64,000 bases of DNA from an uncultured virus (IMG/VR IMGVR_UViG_3300025133_000067). Taxonomy: Duplodnaviria; Heunggongvirae; Uroviricota; Caudoviricetes. The notes below the pieces were generated by a model. It was given only the letters and a program-made list of their open reading frames with translations. It did not search any database and was not told where the DNA came from. Shown piece after piece: positions 8,093 to 18,063 of this stretch. The DNA lies in IMG/VR virus record IMGVR_UViG_3300025133_000067; one strand, written 5' to 3'. Position 1 is the first letter of the stretch. Each line of letters begins with the position of its first letter. The translations under genes were made by a program, and so were the position numbers.

Positions 8093-9961
8093 TTATAAAC
8101 TAGTTATTTCACAAGCTCCACCGCTACAGGCAACTTGACCACTTTGGTCTGTATTATCTTCCATTTCTATAACTCTAGTTAAGTCAATTGAATTTAATGA
8201 ACCTAACATAGTTTCATATTTCTCTTTAGTTATATCTTCGAAAGGAGCTTGAGTATATGTACCACCCTCATACGGCAATACTGATAATCCATTATAACGG
8301 TCTCTATTATTCCACATCCATTTTCCAGCTAAATCCCATTCATCTTCTTTTAATGAAATAGTAGCAGAAACGTTATGTGAATTAGATCCTTTTCTATGTC
8401 CAGGTCTTACCCATTCAGTTGCAATTTTTTTAACTCTTTCTAATAATTGAAATGGAGATTCTGTTCTTAATATAGAACCTTCAGGGGCTTTTTGTGGTAT
8501 ACTAATAATAGCAGTATCGTGTGGTCTGAAGTAATCGTCTTCTAGTAACTCCGGATGATTAACGCGAAGATAACTATAAATAGCTTCGTTCTTACCAACT
8601 CTTAATCTTCTAATATAATAATCATTATGCCAAGCATGAATACCTGACGACGTACCTAATACTAAGGACGTTGTCCCGGCAGGTTTAACACAAGTTGTTC
8701 TTGATGCTCTATTGATTCCAATTAACTTTGCAACTCTTGTGTTTTCACGTTTAACAGTAGAAGCAGCTTTTTTCATATCATATCCAAGTACTGTACCAGA
8801 TCCGATTCCTGTCATTGAAATTCCTACTAATGCATCTTTTTCTGTGTTCTCTTTCCAAATTTCTCTTAAATAATGAAAATCTGTATAACTTGCTTGCAGA
8901 GTTCCAATAAATGTAGCCATTTTAACTCTTTTATTTAAGTCTTCTTGGGATTCTATATTTGAAACATTTACCTCACAAAGATTACAGAATTGGTAAGGTC
9001 TTAATGCAATTTCACAACAAGGATTAGTTCCCCAATCTTTGTCATTATTTAGATAGATTCCTGGTTCACCAGCACCTGATAATTCAATTCTCTTCCATAA
9101 GTCCATAAAGAAATCTTTCGTTACTTTATGTCTCATTAAAACTGCAGAATTATTTGCTCTACCTCTTTGTGGATTTAATTCCCACCAATTACCTGCTTTA
9201 CAAGAAATCATCTCTTCATCATACGCGGAGAACAAACTAATTAAAGCAGCTCTCCTAATACCACCAGCTAAAACAGCATCGGCAATATGACAAATAATAT
9301 CATGTACTTCTATAGTAGTTAATTTATCTCCATCTTCTTTAGCATCTAATACACCATTAATTTTCATTATACATTCTTTTAATGGTTGAGGTCCTGGAGC
9401 TTTTCCGCCAGACGTAACTAATAAAGCACCTTTAGGTCTAATATCAGAAAAATCAAATTTAATTTTTGAAGTTCTTTTATTACCCATATAAGATTTAATC
9501 AATACTTTAATGGCGTCTGACCAACCTTCAATTGAATCTCCTATTACAAATCTTCTTTCACGTTTTGTGAATGGTTTAAGAATATGTGGTAATTGTTCTA
9601 CGTGATGTTTTTGTACAGAATATCCAACACCGCATCCTGAAAGTAATAAAAACATTGATTCATTAAAAGAATCTATATGGTCTATTGGAAGATAACTACA
9701 ATTATATAATCTATTAGGTGAAATCTCAATTGGCTTTCCGCCGAATTGCATTGACCTCATAGATGGTAAGATTTTTTTATCATATACCAGTTGATATGCT
9801 CTATCAATTTGTTCTTCTAATTCTGGAAATTTCTTGACGTGCATCGCTTTATTTCTGTCAACAAGTTCAGTCCATGTCTCTCTTCTGTTTTCTTCTGGTA
9901 GATACTTAGCGTACTTCATGTGTACAGTAATATCTGATAATATCTCACTTGATAATTTCAT
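8093..9961 (-). CDS. nrdJ: Class II adenosylcobalamin-dependent ribonucleotide reductase
   Basis: RRETW, NCS, GGIRRAA, NPCCEI, CNL, VKPAGT motifs; C-terminal CSGGAC redox pair. Confidence 0.92.
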   Translation of the reverse strand: MKLSSEILSDITVHMKYAKYLPEENRRETWTELVDRNKAMHVKKFPELEEQIDRAYQLVYDKKILPSMRSMQFGGKPIEISPNRLYNCSYLPIDHIDSFNESMFLLLSGCGVGYSVQKHHVEQLPHILKPFTKRERRFVIGDSIEGWSDAIKVLIKSYMGNKRTSKIKFDFSDIRPKGALLVTSGGKAPGPQPLKECIMKINGVLDAKEDGDKLTTIEVHDIICHIADAVLAGGIRRAALISLFSAYDEEMISCKAGNWWELNPQRGRANNSAVLMRHKVTKDFFMDLWKRIELSGAGEPGIYLNNDKDWGTNPCCEIALRPYQFCNLCEVNVSNIESQEDLNKRVKMATFIGTLQASYTDFHYLREIWKENTEKDALVGISMTGIGSGTVLGYDMKKAASTVKRENTRVAKLIGINRASRTTCVKPAGTTSLVLGTSSGIHAWHNDYYIRRLRVGKNEAIYSYLRVNHPELLEDDYFRPHDTAIISIPQKAPEGSILRTESPFQLLERVKKIATEWVRPGHRKGSNSHNVSATISLKEDEWDLAGKWMWNNRDRYNGLSVLPYEGGTYTQAPFEDITKEKYETMLGSLNSIDLTRVIEMEDNTDQSGQVACSGGACEITSL

Positions 9962-10033
9962 ATTGTATTTTATTTTATTTGGGGTTGTTAAATTAGTTTT
10001 GCTTAGAATTTATATATTTAGATAATCCGTAAA

Positions 10034-10315
10034 TTACTTCTTGACTTCGCCATCTTTTGATAAAATATCAACATAATCTTTTTTATCTACCTCTTTCCAT
10101 CCTTTGCTAGTATACGTTCGTAAATGTCCTTCTAAATCTTTCTTAATAATAGTTGTGCATTCTTTTAATTTCTTACTTTTTTTATTATATGTTGTTATAT
10201 CCACAAACCAGTCTGGATATTCTTTAGGGTCATTCATCCAAGTATTTGGTCCTATTACTAATACATTTGGAGAACCTTTCTTTTTATATTGAATTGTCTT
10301 TAATACTTCTTTCAT
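10034..10315 (-). CDS. Hypothetical protein
   Basis: Coupled ORF in a minus-strand run. Confidence 0.55.
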   Translation of the reverse strand: MKEVLKTIQYKKKGSPNVLVIGPNTWMNDPKEYPDWFVDITTYNKKSKKLKECTTIIKKDLEGHLRTYTSKGWKEVDKKDYVDILSKDGEVKK

Positions 10316-10653
10316 GATGCCATAGATTTTTCCATTTCCTCTATAGTTTTAATTGCTCTTTCAAAAGTATCATTGTCCATTTTTACCATAGCTTCAAAAA
10401 TACCTGTTTTGTATACATACTTGTTTTCTACACCATCATATTTTTCATTAGTAGCATCAACATCGTTACCTCTTAATCTAAAATCTAAATCTTTTTTTAG
10501 ATATTTTAAGTCTATTTTAAGACTTGTTATTAAATTTATTAAATCATTTTTTGTCATATTTTTATTTTTTTCTTTAGATGGTAACGGAGGTGTGTATCCG
10601 TAGGTCTTTACCTGTCTTAATTCGTTCAAAGTCCTCTTCTTATTTTTTTTCAT
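10312..10653 (-). CDS. Hypothetical protein
   Basis: ATGA overlap with the next gene; KRTLNELRQVK N-terminus. Confidence 0.5.
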   Translation of the reverse strand: MKKNKKRTLNELRQVKTYGYTPPLPSKEKNKNMTKNDLINLITSLKIDLKYLKKDLDFRLRGNDVDATNEKYDGVENKYVYKTGIFEAMVKMDNDTFERAIKTIEEMEKSMAS

Positions 10654-10682
10654 TTTTTATTTTTTTATTGTCAAATTATACA

Positions 10683-10913
10683 TTATTGTGTGGTCATTCC
10701 ACCTCCAGTATCACGTGGTTTAATTATTTTACCTCCTCCTCTTACTTCATATTTCCATCCACTATCTGAATTTTGATTAAACATCTTTGCCATTTTCAAT
10801 GCTTTGTCTAATCCTTTAATTTCTAGTATAGAAGATAACCCGTCTAAAAGCAATACCATCATTACTTGGCCAGTTTTCGGGTCTTTCATTTTTTTAATTA
10901 TATTATATGTCAT
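10683..10913 (-). CDS. Hypothetical protein
   Basis: Coupled to the upstream small ORF. Confidence 0.55.
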   Translation of the reverse strand: MTYNIIKKMKDPKTGQVMMVLLLDGLSSILEIKGLDKALKMAKMFNQNSDSGWKYEVRGGGKIIKPRDTGGGMTTQ

Positions 10914-11068
10914 AGTTTTTTTCTTTCTTTATCTTGTTCTCTTGCATACGCTTTCCAAAATGTTAGTTCTTTAGTTAAATAGTTATTTCTTTCAATACCT
11001 ATCAACCAACCTAACACAAAGAAGAATCCTGCAAGTAAAAGAGACATTAATAATCCTGTTTCATCCAT
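10910..11068 (-). CDS. Small single-TM protein (52 aa)
   Basis: My translation MDETGLLMSLLLAGFFFVLGWLIGIERNNYLTKELTFWKAYAREQDKERKKL; ATGA overlap with the 10913 start. Confidence 0.55.
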   Translation of the reverse strand: MDETGLLMSLLLAGFFFVLGWLIGIERNNYLTKELTFWKAYAREQDKERKKL

Positions 11069-11084
11069 TTTATTTTATTTTATT

Positions 11085-12365
11085 TTATACATTTCTACCA
11101 TTTTCAAATACATGCTTTACTGTTGGAAATCTTAATGATTGAGTTCCATTTTGATTAGTAGTTTCTTCAAAATATTGTACAGTAATAACTTTACCCATAA
11201 TCATATCAGGGTTTGAGTAATATTGTCTTTTTTGTTCATGAGAAAAACCACTTCCAACAGAAACTCTATTACCTTTATGTTCTATTACTACATTTCTTAA
11301 CATCATCTCTTCTACTTCTTCTCCGTCTACTATAACTCTATTGAAATCATGTTCAATATCAATTACTTTATATTCTGCATCATGGAATTTTTTACATTTC
11401 AAAAGATTCTTGCTTCTTTTACCTTCATATCCAGTATTCTTTCTTAACATAACTCCTTCATAACCATTTTTATCTGCATCATCAATCATTACTGATAATT
11501 GTTGGTCATCTTCAACTGGATATTGTTCTAATAAAGTTAATGTATCTGTAGAATCTAAATCACAACATTGGATGTTAATATATCTGTCTTCTAATTTTGT
11601 AGTTCCTTTTTTAGTATCAAACTCCTCTAATGTTAAACAATCAAATATAACAAATCTAGGATTTGAAATAGTATGGTCTTTCTTTTTAATTTGTTTCATA
11701 ATACCTTGAAAATCTTCATTTCCATCTTTATCCATCATACAAATCTCTCCATCTAAAACAAAATCACCAGGTATTTTTGATACATCATCTAAAACTTTTT
11801 GTAAAGTTAAGAATTCTTTTCCAGCTCTTGAGAATGCATTTATTTTATTTCCTTCTTTTCTAATGATACATCTAACTCCATCTAATTTTCTAGATGCTAA
11901 CCATTCTTCATTTTCAAAATCACAATTCTTAGGCTCATATTTAGAAGCTAAAGCTACATCAAAAGTAGGTATAAGTCCTGGAATCACCTTGTTAATCATA
12001 GAGATAGTTGACCTTGTTTTGAGGTTTCTATCAATAATATTCCAAATTAACTCCTCGTATTCTCTATGATTACTTACGTAGCCATTTACATATGATATTG
12101 CTTCATGTCCTGTCCAAACTCTATTGTTTAGATTATCTAGCATCGTGAATATATCTCCGAAATAATAATCATGACATAAATCACTTCTTTTTTTACAATT
12201 AGCAGAAGAAACTCCGTATTGCTTATATGTGTTATAAGTATACTCTAATAAAGATTTAACATTTTCATTAGATGAATAAGATTCTATAGCCTCTTTTTTA
12301 AGAGTATTTGAATTTGATTCATTTGATAAATTTACGAAATCTTGTAGGTCCCTTAATTCTTGCAT
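11085..12365 (-). CDS. ATP-dependent DNA ligase
   Basis: KLDGVR adenylation motif, LDGE, EGVMLR, KCK, VGSGF and LRFP. Confidence 0.95.
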   Translation of the reverse strand: MQELRDLQDFVNLSNESNSNTLKKEAIESYSSNENVKSLLEYTYNTYKQYGVSSANCKKRSDLCHDYYFGDIFTMLDNLNNRVWTGHEAISYVNGYVSNHREYEELIWNIIDRNLKTRSTISMINKVIPGLIPTFDVALASKYEPKNCDFENEEWLASRKLDGVRCIIRKEGNKINAFSRAGKEFLTLQKVLDDVSKIPGDFVLDGEICMMDKDGNEDFQGIMKQIKKKDHTISNPRFVIFDCLTLEEFDTKKGTTKLEDRYINIQCCDLDSTDTLTLLEQYPVEDDQQLSVMIDDADKNGYEGVMLRKNTGYEGKRSKNLLKCKKFHDAEYKVIDIEHDFNRVIVDGEEVEEMMLRNVVIEHKGNRVSVGSGFSHEQKRQYYSNPDMIMGKVITVQYFEETTNQNGTQSLRFPTVKHVFENGRNV

Positions 12366-12389
12366 AGTTTTTGTTTTTTGTTATTTAAT

Positions 12390-12479
12390 TATAGTACAAA
12401 TATAAACAATTTCCATGACATAAAAAAATCTGGAGTGATTATTTTCAAAAAAATTTCAAAAGTTATTAACAATTATAAC
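12390..12479 (-). promoter_or_regulatory. Class I promoter repeat, copy 2
   Basis: Minus strand ...TTTATGTCATGGAAATTGTTTATATTTGTACTAT; TATATTTG matches the Bacteroidota -7 TAnnTTTG element. Confidence 0.75.
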
Positions 12480-12576
12480 AATTGTTGCTGTAATTTTTGG
12501 ATAATTTTCTTTAATTCTATACTTTGAGGTTTTATAGATTTAAGAAGTTCTATCATCTTTATTATCTCTTCCTCTG

Positions 12577-12837
12577 TTAATTTTCCCATTTCTTTCCAGT
12601 TAAATAATTTATTAAATTTAATATCTTTTCGTCTTCATAAAAACAATCTCTAATAGGACATCCATTAATATTATTATATATTTTAGGACGTACTTGTTCT
12701 AATGCATACATATATGCCTGACCTTTACGACCTCCTGAAAAGCAAGCATCAACGTATATTTCTATGAATAATTCAAATTCTTTATCGCTTAATAGTGGGT
12801 CCGTATGCCCATATAATAAATCTTGTAGGTCTCTCAT
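12577..12837 (-). CDS. Hypothetical protein
   Basis: Preceded by a class II promoter at 12855-12881. Confidence 0.6.
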   Translation of the reverse strand: MRDLQDLLYGHTDPLLSDKEFELFIEIYVDACFSGGRKGQAYMYALEQVRPKIYNNINGCPIRDCFYEDEKILNLINYLTGKKWEN

Positions 12838-12854
12838 TTTTATTTATGTTAGTA

Positions 12855-12881
12855 ATTATATAAGAAATGCCTAAAAAGTTT
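12855..12881 (-). promoter_or_regulatory. Class II promoter
   Basis: AAAC TTTTTAGGCATTTCTTA TATAAT. Confidence 0.7.
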
Positions 12882-12883
12882 AC

Positions 12884-12914
12884 AAAAAAAAGACCTAGAA
12901 AAATCTAGGTCTTT
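12884..12914 (-). terminator. Rho-independent terminator
   Basis: AAAGACCTAGA-AAAA-TCTAGGTCTTT hairpin with an A-run (U-tract on minus strand). Confidence 0.8.
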
Positions 12915-12933
12915 CATAAAAATTTGTAAATTA

Positions 12934-14409
12934 TTATTTGATATTATCCTTAAACCATTTATCAATCCAATCTTTAAGTTCTTTCTGTGCTGGTTTTATA
13001 TCGCCTCTTTCTGTTAATGGACCATTTTTCCAATCTGACCATTGTTGTTCAATCTCTCCAAGAGCGTTTGCAATTACTGGCATGTTCATTACTTCGACAT
13101 ACTCTTCATTTACCTTTAAGTTCTCTAATTTTAATTCTGCAACTTCTTTATCTTTTTTAGATACATTATCCCAGTAAGAACCTTCTCCAAACCAAGCAAT
13201 TAAATGTTTTTTATCTGCTGTCTGAGACATTCCAGGTTTATGAACTGAAACAAATTGAGTATTTTTATCTTTTGAAAGTTCTTTAGCATATTTTATTGCA
13301 TCAGATTCTCTCTTAAATTCTTTACCACCTCTAATACCATCAGAGTACTCCACACTATACTTATTACTTTCATAAACTGGTAAAACTGATTCAGCAACAA
13401 CTTCTGCTTTTTCCTGATCTGCTAAAGCTCTTGCTAATCTTTCATCAAATCTTTCTCTTATTTTTTTAACTTCAATTGCAATATCTTTGATTGCTTTATC
13501 ATAATATCCGTAATATTCTTCTCCTTTTTCTTTAGAATCTTCAATTGTTTTCAAATGGTCTCTCATTCTTTCAACTTTAGATAACATATCACCATATAAA
13601 TTTATTGCTAATTTGTAAGGAGTATCCCATCCTCTCCAAATGATACCCTTTCTAGAATCTTTCGTCTGTTGTTTTAACCATTTTTCAAGAATACCTTCAG
13701 CATCTTTTAATTCGTCCATAACAATATCCCATTCCTTTCCTTCAACCTCTGCATGTTTTTTATCTTTAATAAGTTGTTTATATCTGTTTCTATTATCATC
13801 AAGAATGTTTTTATTATTTTGTAATGCTAAAGCTCCTTCTTTTTGCTCGTCTCTTAATGCTTGAATATCTCTATTAGTTTCTGCAACTCCAGCTAAATTG
13901 ATTGACCATACCTCGCTTGCTATTTCAACCATTCTTTTATAATTCCAAACTTTATCTTGAACACCTGAACCGATATAGTCTCCAGTTTTTGGATTTTCAG
14001 CCATTCTTTTTGATTTCTTATTAGCAGCTTTGTCGTTATAATAATACTTTCCTACAACTCCCTGAACTTTTTTACCTATTGTTATACCTAAAAGACCGCC
14101 TCTCCAAAATGAGTTGCCGTAACCATAACTATCATTAGCATATGGATTTTTAGTTCCTTTTTCTACAAAGAATATATTTAAGTATCCTTTTCTTGGATTT
14201 ACTCCTTCTTCAACATCTTTATCTTGTACTTGGTCCCATGCTACTCCGTATGTATTTGCAGTTGCATTCCAAAGGTCTCTTGAATCCTGTGCATCCATCA
14301 TACCATGTATTGTTGCTATAGTAGAAGATGCAAATTTTTCTAATAATAATTCTTTCTTAATCTTATTAACCTCTTCTAAGATAATAGCTCTTAAATCTGA
14401 TTTTTTCAT
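12934..14409 (-). CDS. Putative internal head polyprotein
   Basis: MKKSDLRAIILEEV...LLLE leader; internal VVAES/VYES/VNEE linkers. Confidence 0.5.
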   Translation of the reverse strand: MKKSDLRAIILEEVNKIKKELLLEKFASSTIATIHGMMDAQDSRDLWNATANTYGVAWDQVQDKDVEEGVNPRKGYLNIFFVEKGTKNPYANDSYGYGNSFWRGGLLGITIGKKVQGVVGKYYYNDKAANKKSKRMAENPKTGDYIGSGVQDKVWNYKRMVEIASEVWSINLAGVAETNRDIQALRDEQKEGALALQNNKNILDDNRNRYKQLIKDKKHAEVEGKEWDIVMDELKDAEGILEKWLKQQTKDSRKGIIWRGWDTPYKLAINLYGDMLSKVERMRDHLKTIEDSKEKGEEYYGYYDKAIKDIAIEVKKIRERFDERLARALADQEKAEVVAESVLPVYESNKYSVEYSDGIRGGKEFKRESDAIKYAKELSKDKNTQFVSVHKPGMSQTADKKHLIAWFGEGSYWDNVSKKDKEVAELKLENLKVNEEYVEVMNMPVIANALGEIEQQWSDWKNGPLTERGDIKPAQKELKDWIDKWFKDNIK

Positions 14410-14434
14410 TTTAATATTTTTTATATTTGTTTTA

Positions 14435-14905
14435 TTAAATAGTGTAGCTTACAGTAGCATTATCTAATTTTTCTTTAACCATATATACGCATGAAGATAA
14501 CGAGTTTGATACTGTATCATATCCAGGTTCTTCCAAATCGAAAGTATTGTCTTCATCAATATAGATTTTGTTGTTAATTTCAACCTTTCTGTTTGAAGAA
14601 ACTTCCCAATTACTTCCACTACTGACATTATAAGATGAATATACATATCCTGAAACGTCATCGCCTTCAAAAGTTATCTTGTATTCTGCATTACCGCCTT
14701 GCTCCTCAGAAATATCGACATTTGCATAATCAAGATCAAATTTAATTTTACCGAAATACTTAGATTTGAAATCCCAATTTTCTTTAGCTAACTTTTTCCA
14801 TCCTTTTTCGCCACCATCCATATCGTCGTTAATATCAATATCTTCACTTAAAGATTTAATCTCCTCTTGGATAATTGTTCTTAATTTTTGTTCTGTTAAC
14901 TTCAT
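14435..14905 (-). CDS. Putative internal head protein
   Basis: MKLTEQKLRTIIQEEIKSLSE leader similar to that of 816..2264; late motif at 14927-14934. Confidence 0.5.
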   Translation of the reverse strand: MKLTEQKLRTIIQEEIKSLSEDIDINDDMDGGEKGWKKLAKENWDFKSKYFGKIKFDLDYANVDISEEQGGNAEYKITFEGDDVSGYVYSSYNVSSGSNWEVSSNRKVEINNKIYIDEDNTFDLEEPGYDTVSNSLSSCVYMVKEKLDNATVSYTI

Positions 14906-14949
14906 ATTTAATTGTTTTCGTTTAAGTATATATCTCTAAAATATAATTA

Positions 14950-15138
14950 TTATTGTACAGTTCCTTTTTGTTGATGTTTCTTTCTCTGGTCTTCTAATTC
15001 AAATTCTGAAAAATCTCTTTTTCCACAATGAGGACATATTACAAAATCACTATCACTACCTTCTGCTATACTCCACCATTTTTCACATTTTGAACAAAGA
15101 TAATGGTATAGGAGTTCTATGTAAGTCTTATGGCTCAT
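14950..15138 (-). CDS. Small zinc-ribbon protein
   Basis: CSKC...CPHC. Confidence 0.65.
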   Translation of the reverse strand: MSHKTYIELLYHYLCSKCEKWWSIAEGSDSDFVICPHCGKRDFSEFELEDQRKKHQQKGTVQ

Positions 15139-15139
15139 A

Positions 15140-15565
15140 TTAAATTACGTATCTTTTCCATTTCTTTTCTGCTTTATGTGCAGCTTTTTCATATGGATTA
15201 TTCTCATACCCCATTTCACGATATTTATCACTCTTTTTTGGGTCTTGATGAGTATGTTCAAATTCGTGTAATACAGTTCTAATAACATCTTCTTCGTTTT
15301 TCATATTAGGATAAAATATCCATATTGTATTTGTTTCATGTAGCCACTGTGCTTTTGAAGTTTCACTTTCTTCTCCTCTCATATCATCAATGCCGCTATA
15401 AAGGGCATAAATATCATGGTGTAGTTTTATTTCTGGAATTCCTTGCTTTCCTGTTCCTCTATCTTTAACTATTAATGGAAATACCCTATCTACTATGGAT
15501 TGAACATCATCCATAGATATTGAACCTTCATTTAAGAATTCTTCGTATGTTTTAAGATTTTTCAT
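15140..15565 (-). CDS. Zincin-like metallopeptidase with capsid-targeting-like leader
   Basis: MKNLKTYEEFLNE leader; HEFEH and NPYE motifs. Confidence 0.65.
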   Translation of the reverse strand: MKNLKTYEEFLNEGSISMDDVQSIVDRVFPLIVKDRGTGKQGIPEIKLHHDIYALYSGIDDMRGEESETSKAQWLHETNTIWIFYPNMKNEEDVIRTVLHEFEHTHQDPKKSDKYREMGYENNPYEKAAHKAEKKWKRYVI

Positions 15566-15567
15566 TT

Positions 15568-16986
15568 TTATCTATCTGCCGATATCCAATCATCGATTCC
15601 ATGTTTTCTACAGAAATTAGAAATTATTGATGAAACTTCTTCTTGTGCTCCATCCACTTCCCACTTTTCATCTGACCAATTATCCTGTCCTCCATATTCG
15701 TCTGGATGTCTGAAACTTCTTGGTAAATCTATGTACCATTTAACATATTTAGGGAATAATTCTGGTGTTCCGTAAGTTATATCAAAGTTTTTACGAGGTC
15801 TTAGGTCTGTAAATTTATCATAAGCTTTATCAAGTTTACCACCTCTACCCCATATCTTCATCCAAGCTTTACGTAATTTAGCAAAACCTTTTCCAAGTGA
15901 TACCATATTTTTTGATGTCATTGGTAAACTAAATGCACTTTGAAAGCTACTTGAAATAATTCCAAAGAATTCATCAAATTCTTTTACAGGATATATTGAC
16001 CAACTGTAATGTGTTCCAGTTTCTATTTTATCGCCTCTAAACCCAGATTCTCTTATATCTAATCCATCTAAAACTCCTCCAAACTGACAACCTCCACTAC
16101 TTCCTGCTCTTCCAGTGTTAATTCTTATTGGTGCTTTACGAAATTCCCATGGTCCTTTAATAGAATATGATGGATTTATATGTCCTCCATAATTCCATGC
16201 AGTTCTATAAAATTCAACTTCAAAATCCCATCCATATTTTTTATGTAGATGAACTGCCAGTTCATAAGACTTTTGTGAATAGTAATTAACTAGACTTCCG
16301 TCTGGAGAACCACCTATTTTCTTTTCAAGTTTTTCATCTTTCTTCCAAAGCTTTATAAGTTGCTTAATACCCATACCATTTTTTAAAGGAGTACCTTCAA
16401 TAGTAGTAAGACCTTCATGGTCGTAGCCATAGTTATGTTTTACGTCATGCCAGCCTTCTTCATTTAATCTATCTTCTTTGAAATTTTCAAATAATTTAAC
16501 CTTTTTCACTTTAGATGTTTTTTCTTCACCAAAGTCTTCAAACTTTTTAATATTTTTCATATCTTTATTTTTGATTTTAAGTTTTCTTTTACCTATTTCG
16601 TCTTGTTCGTCTGGAATATCTTCATTAAGTTTAATAGGGTCTCCTGACATTTCCCATGGACCCCAATGTTCTGTTTTTAACATCCAACCTGCAGCTTTAC
16701 CTGGTTTATAATAATGACATTCCTTCTCATCAATATTTCCAATTGCATAAAACGCTCTTTTATCAACTTCGAATTTATTACCATTTGAATGGTCCATCGC
16801 CTTATTACCATATTCAACCCAAGCATGTCCAAATTTAAGACCTTTAAGTTTCCCTTGACCTTCAACCATTCCATGTACTAAAAGAGCTTTATCGTCTCCA
16901 ATAAAACTTGTTGCAAGTCTACCAGCAGCTTGATAACAATCTCCTGTAGCTTTCTCATAAAGTTCATATGATTTTAGATGTTTCAT
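15568..16986 (-). CDS. Two-module internal protein: N-terminal transglutaminase/papain-like Cys-His-Asp domain plus unknown module
   Basis: GDCYQAA...GHAWVE...MDHS; internal leader-like MKNIKKFEDF and VKLFENF..LNE. Confidence 0.55.
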   Translation of the reverse strand: MKHLKSYELYEKATGDCYQAAGRLATSFIGDDKALLVHGMVEGQGKLKGLKFGHAWVEYGNKAMDHSNGNKFEVDKRAFYAIGNIDEKECHYYKPGKAAGWMLKTEHWGPWEMSGDPIKLNEDIPDEQDEIGKRKLKIKNKDMKNIKKFEDFGEEKTSKVKKVKLFENFKEDRLNEEGWHDVKHNYGYDHEGLTTIEGTPLKNGMGIKQLIKLWKKDEKLEKKIGGSPDGSLVNYYSQKSYELAVHLHKKYGWDFEVEFYRTAWNYGGHINPSYSIKGPWEFRKAPIRINTGRAGSSGGCQFGGVLDGLDIRESGFRGDKIETGTHYSWSIYPVKEFDEFFGIISSSFQSAFSLPMTSKNMVSLGKGFAKLRKAWMKIWGRGGKLDKAYDKFTDLRPRKNFDITYGTPELFPKYVKWYIDLPRSFRHPDEYGGQDNWSDEKWEVDGAQEEVSSIISNFCRKHGIDDWISADR

Positions 16987-16988
16987 AA

Positions 16989-17225
16989 TTACATTTTATC
17001 TTTGAATTTTAACATCTTCTTTTGAGATTGCAGCATATCTTGTTGAGATTTAAGTACATCTAAATTCAAAGACATTAATTTTCTTTGTTTAACATCTTCA
17101 ATGTCTGACATCTTTTCTGTCATGTCTTTAATCTTATCCTTTATAGCGTCTAAAGAATCCTTATTCTTATCTAATGGATCGTCGCCTTCATTTATAAAAT
17201 TAGAAAATGATAAAATATCTTTCAT
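16989..17225 (-). CDS. Small coiled-coil putative internal protein
   Basis: Start reassigned to MKDILSFSNFINE (17225), which matches the leader motif and removes the overlap. Confidence 0.55.
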   Translation of the reverse strand: MKDILSFSNFINEGDDPLDKNKDSLDAIKDKIKDMTEKMSDIEDVKQRKLMSLNLDVLKSQQDMLQSQKKMLKFKDKM

Positions 17226-17226
17226 T

Positions 17227-17811
17227 TTACTTTTGTTTGCCTTCATACATTTTATGGTGTTCCCATGCTACATCTGAAACTACTCCCATAAATTTCTTTC
17301 TAGCTTTTTTATATGTAGCTTTATGTTTAGAATCCTTTAACCCATTTTCGAATTTATCTAAGTCGATTGTTAGGAAGTTTTGTAGTGATGTGATTTTACT
17401 AAATTCAGAGCCACCATATTCATTAACTTCTTCAGGTTTATCGCCCTTTGTAAATTTAGCATATAAATCTTCCAACTTTTGAATTTGACTAAAAGTTAAT
17501 TTACTGTAATCAAAAACTTTTCTTGGGTTTTTCATTTCAGCTACTACTGATTCATTTTGCATATTATATCTTATATCCTCAAGATAATCATTTATAGTAA
17601 AATCGCTATAATCTTTTACAAATTCTCTTGGGTTTCTTTTTGCAATTCTTTCTAAAGACTTAAGATAATCTTTAACATAGGCTTTATTTAATTTCTTTCC
17701 TGGAATAGTTTGTGTTAACGCATCAGATGCATTTCTTAAAGTTTCTTTAACAGTAAGAGCTTCATTTAGTACTTTACCAGTAAACTGAGTATATAATTTG
17801 ACCTTTTTCAT
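17227..17811 (-). CDS. Putative internal head protein (two modules)
   Basis: MKKVKLYTQF...LNE leader; internal NESVVAE linker; late motif at 17834-17841. Confidence 0.5.
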   Translation of the reverse strand: MKKVKLYTQFTGKVLNEALTVKETLRNASDALTQTIPGKKLNKAYVKDYLKSLERIAKRNPREFVKDYSDFTINDYLEDIRYNMQNESVVAEMKNPRKVFDYSKLTFSQIQKLEDLYAKFTKGDKPEEVNEYGGSEFSKITSLQNFLTIDLDKFENGLKDSKHKATYKKARKKFMGVVSDVAWEHHKMYEGKQK

Positions 17812-17855
17812 GATATGTATTATTTTTATATTGTATATATCAAATAAAAAAGCTT

Positions 17856-18059
17856 CTATATTATAGAAGCTTTAATGTGTAGACTTGAATAAAGGTCTCG
17901 TATCATCTCTTTATTTCTTTCTGTTTTATTGAATAGCCTTTCAAAAGTCATGACCATTTTCCTTGCTCCATCTAAATGTTCTTTAGTTTCGCAACTTTCT
18001 ATAACTTGCATTGTTTTTTTGTATGCAGCAAAATTGTCTGGTTTGAATTCTATCATCAT
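17856..18059 (-). CDS. Hypothetical protein
   Basis: VIESCETKEHL..A..M...F pattern common in small phage proteins. Confidence 0.55.
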   Translation of the reverse strand: MMIEFKPDNFAAYKKTMQVIESCETKEHLDGARKMVMTFERLFNKTERNKEMIRDLYSSLHIKASII

Positions 18060-18063
18060 ATTT

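Noticed and set aside
8093..9961. Intron or intein in RNR, terminase, helicase or UvsX
   Set aside because: Lengths are normal, ORFs are uninterrupted and no intein or LAGLIDADG motifs were noticed.
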